Assembly (NCBI GenBank): GCA_902478715.1
Contig: CABSMC010000002.1
Span: 4,313 to 68,312, forward strand
Reading direction: 5' to 3'
Length of the DNA stretch: 64,000 bases
DNA from: an uncultured Adlercreutzia sp.
GTDB lineage: Bacteria; Actinomycetota; Coriobacteriia; Coriobacteriales; Eggerthellaceae
Positions 56,612-64,000 of this stretch are shown one piece after another; the stretch's first letter is position 1, and the number at the start of each line of letters is the position of its first letter. A model generated the notes under the pieces. It worked only from the letters and a program-made list of their open reading frames with translations, did not search any database and was not told the DNA's origin. The translations under genes were made by a program, and so were the position numbers.

Positions 56612-59206
56612 ATGCTGAAGCGAATGCGGACATACCTGGGAGTGATCTTCGCCATTTTCGCGCGGGATGTGAAACGGGTGCTGCGCAACCCTGTCGCGCT
56701 CGTCATCGCCTTGGGCATGATCGTCATGCCGTCGGCTTACGCCTGGTACGTGGTAGCGGCCAACTGGGACCCCTACAGCAACACGGCCGATATGCTGGTG
56801 GCCGTGGCCAACGAGGATGCGGGGGCCGACAACCCTGAAACGGGGCATTTGGACGTGGGCGCGCAGGTGGTGGCCCAGCTGCACGACAACCATGAGATGG
56901 GCTGGGAATTCACCGACGCCGAGGCGGCCATAAACGGCGTCTACGAGGGACGCTACTGGGCGGCACTCGTCATCCCGAAGGATTTCAGCGCCGATTTCGC
57001 CAGCGTGTTCACCGGCGACTTCACCCAGCCGACCATCGACTACTACGTGAACGAGAAGCCCTCATCCATCGCGCCCAAGGTGACCGACGCGGCGGCCAAC
57101 GCCGTGGAGGCGGCCGTCAACGAGAACTTCGTGAAGACGGTGTCGGAGAAGGTGGTGGGAACGACCCAGAAGGTGGGGGCCGAGGCGGAAGAGAAGGCCG
57201 ACGCCGCCGAGGGCAGCCTCACCGCCGGCGTTCGCAGCGCCAAGGAGACCGTCAGCGAAACCCGCACAACCTTGGAAGGACTCGTCGGCACCGTGGGCGA
57301 CACGCGGACGTCCGTCGCTCGCGCCGACGATACTCTGGCGGGGCTTCAAGACGATGTGCCGCATCTGCTGGAGGCCATCGGGCAATCGAAGGAACTGCTC
57401 GCGAAGGCGCGGAGCACCGTGAACGAGTACGGAACGGCGCTTTCCAAGAACGCCACCGACGGAGCGTTGCAATTGTCGAGCGCCGCTGCGCAGGCCCAGC
57501 GCGCCTTGGGCACTGTGAGCGGCGATGTCGCAGCGGCCGAGGCGGCCACGAAAGGCGCCCTCGATGCGGCCGAGGGGCTGCTGGCCGACAACAAGGTGCT
57601 CATCAACGACCTCACCGCCCAGGCCGGAACGGCCGGCGCTGATCCGACCATTGCCCAAGCTCTTAGCGAGGCGAAAAGCGCCAACGAGCGGCTGACGACC
57701 ACCACCGACGCCCTGCGCACGGCCTCAGACGAGCTGGCTTCCTCGGCCAATTCTCTGGAAACCGAGGCGAGCGCGCTGGATACGGCGGCGCAATCAGCCT
57801 CTGAAACTATTCGCGCCACCGCGGCCACCTTTCAGGACAGCGTGCTGCCAGACATCACGACCAGCCTGGATTCCCTGGTGGAAGCGTGCGGCACCTTGGA
57901 AGGGGCCCTGCGCGGGCTCACTCCCTCGCTCGCCGAGGCGCGGGCCATTTTGGGGCAGCTCGGCGACACGCTGACCTCTTCCGAGACCTCGCTTTCCACC
58001 ACGTCCGATTCCCTGGGCACCATGGAAACGAACCTGGAGCAGTCGCTGACCGACCTGACCGCCCTGCAGAATTCCGCCACCGTGAAGGACTTGGCGGAAT
58101 ACCTGAAGGCCGACCCGGAGAAGATCGGCGCCTTCATGGCCGCGCCCGTGGCCCTGGACACGCAACTGGTGTACCCCGTGAAGAACTACGGCAGCGGCGT
58201 CACCCCCTTCTTCACGAATCTGGCCCTGTGGGTGGCCGGCTTCATCCTCATGGCCATGGTGAAGCTGCGCGTCGATCCGGAGGGGCTGCCGAAGTTCACC
58301 GCCGTGCAGGCCTACTTCGGACGCTGGCTGTTCTACGTGGTGTGCGGGCTGGCCATGGGGCTCGTCTGCTGCGTGGGCGATCTGACCCTCGGGATTCAGT
58401 GCGAAAGTCCGGCGGCCTTCATCGGCGCGGGGCTGCTCACGGTGTTCGTGGACGTGAACCTCATGTTCGCGCTGGCCTACGCATTTAGGCACATCGGGAA
58501 GGCCATCGCGGTCATTCTGCTCATCGTGCAGATTCCCGGCTCCTCGGGCATGTTCCCCATCGAGATGATGCCGGACTTTTTCCAGGTCATTCACCCGCTT
58601 CTGCCCTTCACCTATTCCATCGACGCCATGCGCGAGGCCATCGGCGGCTTTTACGGGATGGATTACCTGCACGACATGTTGCTGCTGGGACTTTTGTTCG
58701 TGCCCCTGGGGTTCGCCATCGGGCTGGGCATCGGGCGCTGCGATTTCAATTTGAACCTCATGTTCGACGAGAAGCTGGGAGCAACCGACCTGCTTCTGGC
58801 CGAGCCGGTCACGGCCAGCGCCAAAGCCGCAGGGCAGACGCCCGCCCGATACCGCACGCGCACGCTCGTCCGCGCGCTGCTGAACATCGACGCCTTCCGT
58901 CAGGCCCTCATCGCCCGAGCCGAGCGTTTCCACCGCGCCTACCCGGTGCTGCGGCGCATCGGCTGGATGGCGCTCGTCGCGCAACCGCTTGTCACCTTCG
59001 CCATTATGGTGCTGGTGCATGCCGACGTGGATACGCGAGTCATGATGCTCATGGCCATGGTGGCGGGGATCATCGTGGTGGACACCTATCTCATCGTGAT
59101 CTCATACCTGGACACCAACCTCGCGCACCAGCTCGCCCTGGCGAACCTGAGCACCGAGGAACTGCAGAAACGCGCCAGCGGGCAAATCGGTGGTGATTCG
59201 GTGTGA
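56612..59206 (+). CDS. YhgE/Pip-family membrane protein
   Basis: PSAYAWY..NWDPYSN..VAVANED; coiled-coil middle; NYGSGVTPFF; multi-TM C-terminus. Confidence 0.9.
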   Translation: MLKRMRTYLGVIFAIFARDVKRVLRNPVALVIALGMIVMPSAYAWYVVAANWDPYSNTADMLVAVANEDAGADNPETGHLDVGAQVVAQLHDNHEMGWEFTDAEAAINGVYEGRYWAALVIPKDFSADFASVFTGDFTQPTIDYYVNEKPSSIAPKVTDAAANAVEAAVNENFVKTVSEKVVGTTQKVGAEAEEKADAAEGSLTAGVRSAKETVSETRTTLEGLVGTVGDTRTSVARADDTLAGLQDDVPHLLEAIGQSKELLAKARSTVNEYGTALSKNATDGALQLSSAAAQAQRALGTVSGDVAAAEAATKGALDAAEGLLADNKVLINDLTAQAGTAGADPTIAQALSEAKSANERLTTTTDALRTASDELASSANSLETEASALDTAAQSASETIRATAATFQDSVLPDITTSLDSLVEACGTLEGALRGLTPSLAEARAILGQLGDTLTSSETSLSTTSDSLGTMETNLEQSLTDLTALQNSATVKDLAEYLKADPEKIGAFMAAPVALDTQLVYPVKNYGSGVTPFFTNLALWVAGFILMAMVKLRVDPEGLPKFTAVQAYFGRWLFYVVCGLAMGLVCCVGDLTLGIQCESPAAFIGAGLLTVFVDVNLMFALAYAFRHIGKAIAVILLIVQIPGSSGMFPIEMMPDFFQVIHPLLPFTYSIDAMREAIGGFYGMDYLHDMLLLGLLFVPLGFAIGLGIGRCDFNLNLMFDEKLGATDLLLAEPVTASAKAAGQTPARYRTRTLVRALLNIDAFRQALIARAERFHRAYPVLRRIGWMALVAQPLVTFAIMVLVHADVDTRVMMLMAMVAGIIVVDTYLIVISYLDTNLAHQLALANLSTEELQKRASGQIGGDSV

Positions 59207-61377
59207 GGGTGATTTGGGACATTTTCATCGGTGACGTGCGGAACCTGTTCCGGAACGTCATTGCCGCCATTGTGGTGATGGGGCTGGCGCTTGTGCCGCC
59301 CATGTACGCATGGTTCACAACGCTCGGCTTCTGGGATCCCTACAGCAACACCGGCAACATCAAGGTAGCCGTGGCCTCGGAAGATGTCGGCTATACCTCC
59401 GACCTCATCCCGACGCCTATCAACGCCGGCGAGCAGATCATCGGCAAACTGCGGGCCAACGATCAGTTCGCGTGGCAGTTCGTCAGCGCCGACGAGGCCG
59501 TGCGCGGCGTGCGCTCGGGCGAGTATTACGCGGCGCTCGTCATCCCGAAGGAGTTCTCGCGCGACCTCATGACCGTGTTTACCGACGACATCACCGAGCC
59601 GAAGATCATCTACTACGACAACGAGAAGGAGAACGCCATCGCCCAGCGCGTGACGGCAACGGGGGCAAGCACGCTGCAGGAGACCATCGACGAGACGTTC
59701 ACGGAAACCGTGGCGTCGGTGGCCCTGGGCACCACGAGCAGCCTCACCTCGTTCATGAGCGGCGACGGCATTCTCACCTACGCGCAGACCCTGGGGTCGC
59801 GCCTTGGCGAGGCCGTGGGCGAAGTAGGAGCGGCGGCCGACCAGGCTCAGGCCTACGCCGATCTCATGAGCTCCACCACCTCGCTCGTAGATGCGACGGC
59901 GAGAATTCTGAAGGAGGCGGGGAAGGCGCCGGATGCTACCGCGCCTTTGGTGAGCGAAGCGCGCGACGGGCTGACGAGCGCCCAGGACGGGCTTTCCGCC
60001 GCGAGCACCGCAGCCGAGAAGGCGCTCACAACTGCCGATGCCAGCTACGACGCTGTGGCCCGCGCCGCTGATGAGGCCTTCACCACCATGAAGGACGATC
60101 CGGCGGCGGCCCAGGGCGTGCTGGCCGCTTGCCGTTCGGACGTGCAGGGCCTTGCGCAGGCCTACCAGACCATGCGCGACGCCCTGGCCGGCGCCGACCC
60201 GGACAGCCCGGCCGTCGGCGCCCTTGACCGCATCATCACCCAGCTGGGCACGCTGGAGGCGAACCTCGCCACCGCCGAGAGTGCCATCGGAGGCGACGCA
60301 GCATCCATCGACGAGGCGCACACCAAGGTGACTGACAGCATCAACCAAGCGCGTGCGGGTCTGCACGACTCGATGAGCACCTATAACGACCAGCTAAAAG
60401 GCGAGCTGGCGTCGCTGGCCGACAGCTTGCAGAAGGTGGGCGCCGATACCGAAACTCTGGCCGGATCGCTGAAGAACACTGCGGACAGCCTGGGCGCCAG
60501 CACCGATTCTCTGGCCGCGAACCTCGCCACCGCCGAGGCGTCGCTGCGCAAGACCGCCGAAACCCTGCGCACGGCGGAAAGCCAGCTCGCCCAGGCCCGC
60601 GACGACCTGCAGCACGCCCTGGACACCGGCGACATCGACGAAGTACGCCGCATCATCGGCGATAACCCGGCCGCCATCGCCCAGTTCCTCGCCGCGCCGA
60701 CGCACCTGGAACGTCACGCGGTGTACCCCATGGTCGACAACGGCAGCGCCATGAGTCCCTTCTACACCTCCCTCGCTCTGTGGATCGGCGCCATCTTCAT
60801 GGTGGCCCTCATGAGCGTGACCGTTTCCCCCGCGCGCCAGGCCGCCCTGACGAAGAAGTCCGGGCGCGCGCCGGGGCCGGGCGAGCTGTATCTCGGCCGC
60901 TACGGGGTGTTCTGCCTGCTGGGCCTCGCCCAAGCGCTCATCGTGGGACTCGGCAACGTGTTCTTCCTCGGCGTGGAGTGCGAGCATTTCTGGCTGTATC
61001 TGGCGGCATGCTGTCTGGCATCGGTGGTGTTCACGAACCTGGTGTACACGCTGACGGTGTCCTTCGGCAACATCGGCAAGGCGCTCGCCATCATCGGGCT
61101 CGTGCTGCAACTGGCCGGCGCCGGCGGCCTCATGCCGGTGCAGATGCTGTCGGCCCCGCTGTTCCAGGAGATTTACCCGTGGCTGCCCTTCGCCCATTCC
61201 ATGCCAGCGTTAGAAGGAGCCATGGCCGGCATCTACGGCGACCAGTACCTCGTGCAGATGGGCCTGCTCGCGGCCATCTTGGTGCCGAGTCTGATTCTCG
61301 GCCTCGTCCTGCGCCGCCCCGTCATCCGCCTGAACGACTGGGTGCTAAAGAAGCTGGACGAGACGAAATTCCTGTAG
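59203..61377 (+). CDS. YhgE/Pip-family membrane protein
   Basis: PPMYAWF..FWDPYSN..VAVASED; NGSAMSPFY; GTGA overlap with the upstream paralogue. Confidence 0.9.
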   Translation: MRVIWDIFIGDVRNLFRNVIAAIVVMGLALVPPMYAWFTTLGFWDPYSNTGNIKVAVASEDVGYTSDLIPTPINAGEQIIGKLRANDQFAWQFVSADEAVRGVRSGEYYAALVIPKEFSRDLMTVFTDDITEPKIIYYDNEKENAIAQRVTATGASTLQETIDETFTETVASVALGTTSSLTSFMSGDGILTYAQTLGSRLGEAVGEVGAAADQAQAYADLMSSTTSLVDATARILKEAGKAPDATAPLVSEARDGLTSAQDGLSAASTAAEKALTTADASYDAVARAADEAFTTMKDDPAAAQGVLAACRSDVQGLAQAYQTMRDALAGADPDSPAVGALDRIITQLGTLEANLATAESAIGGDAASIDEAHTKVTDSINQARAGLHDSMSTYNDQLKGELASLADSLQKVGADTETLAGSLKNTADSLGASTDSLAANLATAEASLRKTAETLRTAESQLAQARDDLQHALDTGDIDEVRRIIGDNPAAIAQFLAAPTHLERHAVYPMVDNGSAMSPFYTSLALWIGAIFMVALMSVTVSPARQAALTKKSGRAPGPGELYLGRYGVFCLLGLAQALIVGLGNVFFLGVECEHFWLYLAACCLASVVFTNLVYTLTVSFGNIGKALAIIGLVLQLAGAGGLMPVQMLSAPLFQEIYPWLPFAHSMPALEGAMAGIYGDQYLVQMGLLAAILVPSLILGLVLRRPVIRLNDWVLKKLDETKFL

Positions 61378-61502
61378 GGCCTGCCGCGCCTTTACCTTGA
61401 CTCTTACTTGGTCGTCATTTGACTCAGAGTGCGGATTTCACATGCGAACCAAGGTTCGCCGCTGCGGGGTTCGACGGTCGTGACAATTTCGGGTATCTCC
61501 GT

Positions 61503-61620
61503 GCACGGTTTTCGACTTATACAGACATTCGGATACGCCAGGGGCAGGTGTTTTGCCTGTATAAGTTGAGAAATGCGCAGCATCTCCTCTCCGAATGCCT
61601 GTATAAGTCGAAAAACGTGC
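61503..61620. repeat. 31-bp inverted repeat between convergent genes
   Basis: 61503-61533 vs 61590-61620 with 2 mismatches; partial third copy at 61554. Confidence 0.85.
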
Positions 61621-61683
61621 GCCAGGCGGGTGTTTTCTGTCACCGGCAGGGCGCAGCGGGCGGGGCGAACGGAGCTGGAGAGG

Positions 61684-63000
61684 TCAGTGGGTCAGTGAGG
61701 CGAGCGGCGCGAGGGCGCGGGGGAGGATGTTGTGGGCGCGGGCGATGGTCATGCCGTAGTTGGTGAGAGGGGCCTGCTGGGCACGGGCGCGCTGGATGCG
61801 CGACTGCATGTCGCGGGCGTTCAAGGTGCAGCCGCCGCAGTGGACGATGGCGGCATAGGGGGAAAGGTCGTCGGGGAAGTCGCGGCCGGAGGTGAAGGCG
61901 AACTGGGGCTCGGCACCGCTGATAGCGCGAATGAGCCGGGGCAGCTTCACCGTGCCGATGTCCTCGCAGGTACGGTGGTGGGTGCAGCCCTCGGCGATGA
62001 GCACGGTGTCCTCGTCGGTGAGGCTTTCCAGGGCGCGTACCGCTTCTAGTTGAGCGGCCAAGTCGCCCTTGTAGCGAGCCATGAGGATGGAGAACGACGT
62101 GAGCGGCACCTCGGCCGGCAAAAGGGCGTCCACCTCGCCGAAGACCTGGGAGTCGGTCACCACCAGGCGCGGCGGTCGGGCGAGGGTTGCCAGCAGCTCG
62201 GGCAGGCCTTCCACGCCGGTGGCGCAGGGGAAGGCGCCGGCGTCCAGTGCGTCGCGCATGACTTGCTGCTGGGGCAAGATGATGCGACCCTTGGGAGCAG
62301 CGGAGTCCAGCGGGACGACGAGCACCACCACGTCACCGGGCGTAAGCAGGTCGCCCACGAGCCGCCGCTCCCCCACTGCGCCAGGGGCCAGGGTAGCAAG
62401 CGCACGTTTCAGGTCGTCCAGCCCCTCCCCCGTCAGCGCCGACACGCGCACGCAGGCGGCTCGTGCGGAAGCGCCATCGTTTTCGGCGGAGGCCGTGGCG
62501 TTGTGGTCAGCGCCTTCCGAGAGGGGCTCGCTATCCGAAGCGTCCGTCCTCGGACGCGGCGAAGGCAGCGACGACTCCGCGGTGCCAGCTCGCCCGCTTT
62601 CCGCAAGCAAATCGGCCTTATTCTCCGCGATCACATAGGGAATGCGGCGCGTTTGGAAGGCGACGAGGAGTTTCTCGTCGAAAGGGGTGAGGCTGCGTGT
62701 GGCATCTACCACGAGCACAGCCACGTCGGCCTCGTTCAGGGCGGCCTCGGCCCGCTGGACGCGCAGGTCGCCTACGTCGCCGGCGTCGTCGATACCTGGA
62801 GTGTCAACAATGAGCACGGGACCGGCCGGCGCCAGTTCCATGGCTTTGCGCACCGGGTCGGTGGTGGTGCCGGCCACATCGGACACCACGGAGACGGTCT
62901 GGCTCGTCAGCGCGTTCACCAGGCTGGACTTGCCAGCGTTGCGCACGCCGAAGAAAACGATGTGCGCGCGCTCGCCGGAAGGGGTATCGTTCAGAGACAT
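61684..63000 (-). CDS. hydF: [FeFe]-hydrogenase maturation GTPase
   Basis: GVRNAGKSS, GTTTDPV, DTPG, NKAD, APKGRIILPQ, EGCTHH, HCGGC. Confidence 0.93.
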   Translation of the reverse strand: MSLNDTPSGERAHIVFFGVRNAGKSSLVNALTSQTVSVVSDVAGTTTDPVRKAMELAPAGPVLIVDTPGIDDAGDVGDLRVQRAEAALNEADVAVLVVDATRSLTPFDEKLLVAFQTRRIPYVIAENKADLLAESGRAGTAESSLPSPRPRTDASDSEPLSEGADHNATASAENDGASARAACVRVSALTGEGLDDLKRALATLAPGAVGERRLVGDLLTPGDVVVLVVPLDSAAPKGRIILPQQQVMRDALDAGAFPCATGVEGLPELLATLARPPRLVVTDSQVFGEVDALLPAEVPLTSFSILMARYKGDLAAQLEAVRALESLTDEDTVLIAEGCTHHRTCEDIGTVKLPRLIRAISGAEPQFAFTSGRDFPDDLSPYAAIVHCGGCTLNARDMQSRIQRARAQQAPLTNYGMTIARAHNILPRALAPLASLTH

Positions 63001-63011
63001 GCGAACTCCTC

Positions 63012-64000
63012 CTAGAACCGAAAGTCGCGGGCGCCGGTGCGGATGCAGGCGAGGTAGTCGGCGGCCAGGGCGCGGCGGCGGTCGTCGGGAACGCGGGCGA
63101 GCTCGGCATCGATCATCTTCCAACCCTTCTGCGCTACCTCGGGGCTGGCGTAGTCGCACAGGTACTCGCCCAGCGTGAGCAAGGCGTTCGGCTGGCAGAA
63201 GTCCTGGATCTGGCCGCTCTTGCAGAACTCCATGAAGTGGTCGCCGGTGCGGCCGGCACGGTAGCACGCGGTGCAGAAGCTAGGGAGGTGACCCTCGTCC
63301 ATGAGCCAACCGATGACCTCATCCAAGGTGCGCGTATCGGACACGTCGAACTGCTCGGTGTCGTGGGGGCGCGCCTTGTCCCCGTAGCCGCCCACGCTGG
63401 TGCGGCTGCCGCCGGAGATCTGCGAGACGCCCAGTTGCAGCGCTGCGGCCCGCACTTCTTGCGACTCGCGGGTGGAGACGATCATGCCCGTGTAGGGCAC
63501 CGCGATGCGGATGAGCGCGATGATCTTCTCGAACATCTCGTCGGGGATGCCGCCCCCGAAGGCGTCCGGGTCGATGTCGCTGGCCGGCTTCACCCGCGGC
63601 ACCGAGATGGTGTGCGGACCCACGCCGAACACGGCTTCCAAATGCTCGGCGTGCATGAGCAGGCCCGCGAACTCGTAGGCGTAGCCCTCCAGGCCGAACA
63701 ACACGCCAAGCCCCACGTCGTCGATGCCGGCGGCCATGGCGCGGTCGTGGGCCTCAGTGTGACAGGCGTAGTCGGCCTTGGGGCCTGAGGGGTGCAGCTC
63801 TTCGTAGCGGGCACGGTGGTAAGTCTCCTGGAACAGGATGTAGGTGCCGATTTCTGCGGCCTTCAACTGGCGGTAGGCGTCCTCCGTCGTGGCGGCAATG
63901 TTCACGTTCACGCGGCGGATGGCACCGTTTTTGTGCTTGGTGCCGTAGATGGTCTCGAGACTTTCCAGGATGTAGCTCAGGGGGTTGTGGGCCGGGTCCT
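63012..64000 (-). CDS. hydG: [FeFe]-hydrogenase radical-SAM maturase (5' part outside the window)
   Basis: IRRVNVNIAAT, LFQETYH, GPHTISVPR, FCTACYR...C motif; frame open to the window end. Confidence 0.93.
   Translation of the reverse strand, partial: DPAHNPLSYILESLETIYGTKHKNGAIRRVNVNIAATTEDAYRQLKAAEIGTYILFQETYHRARYEELHPSGPKADYACHTEAHDRAMAAGIDDVGLGVLFGLEGYAYEFAGLLMHAEHLEAVFGVGPHTISVPRVKPASDIDPDAFGGGIPDEMFEKIIALIRIAVPYTGMIVSTRESQEVRAAALQLGVSQISGGSRTSVGGYGDKARPHDTEQFDVSDTRTLDEVIGWLMDEGHLPSFCTACYRAGRTGDHFMEFCKSGQIQDFCQPNALLTLGEYLCDYASPEVAQKGWKMIDAELARVPDDRRRALAADYLACIRTGARDFRF

Noticed and set aside
56612..61377. Type VII secretion locus suggested by Pip/EsaA similarity
   Set aside because: No EssC/FtsK ATPase or WXG100 genes nearby; tandem Pip pairs are common on their own

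Overview
GC-rich Coriobacteriia chromosome segment (Eggerthellaceae-like, possibly Adlercreutzia; inferred from membrane-embedded LuxR regulators paired with Tat-exported flavoproteins and a RodA-PBP fusion). Core content: two TM-LuxR/flavoprotein pairs, a MarR-controlled ATP-grasp/ferredoxin/amino-acid ABC operon, usp-TPM-pspA, an ABC1 kinase, the fhaA-fhaB-pstP-rodA/pbp-pknB cluster, mscS, nrdG and nrdD, a pst/phoBR phosphate locus, an ECF transporter, two Pip/YhgE genes and hydF/hydG (hydG partial). Strongest unexplained signals: (1) a ~235-nt intergenic multi-hairpin RNA candidate with C-rich loops, a TATAAT box and an intrinsic terminator (55005-55252); (2) a ~2400-aa sortase-type surface protein whose signal peptide is out of frame at a G9 tract, suggesting phase variation; (3) an AT-rich Schlafen/AlbA_2 gene sitting at the 3' end of nrdD between a 147-bp duplication of the glycyl-radical segment, with matching inverted-repeat sites on both sides; (4) small palindromic or junction-duplicating inserts within and between genes; (5) 23-bp repeats flanking an AAA/DUF4143 gene; (6) an HTH plus zeta-toxin-like pair with a perfect operator. 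All calls are from reading the sequence; no searches were run.
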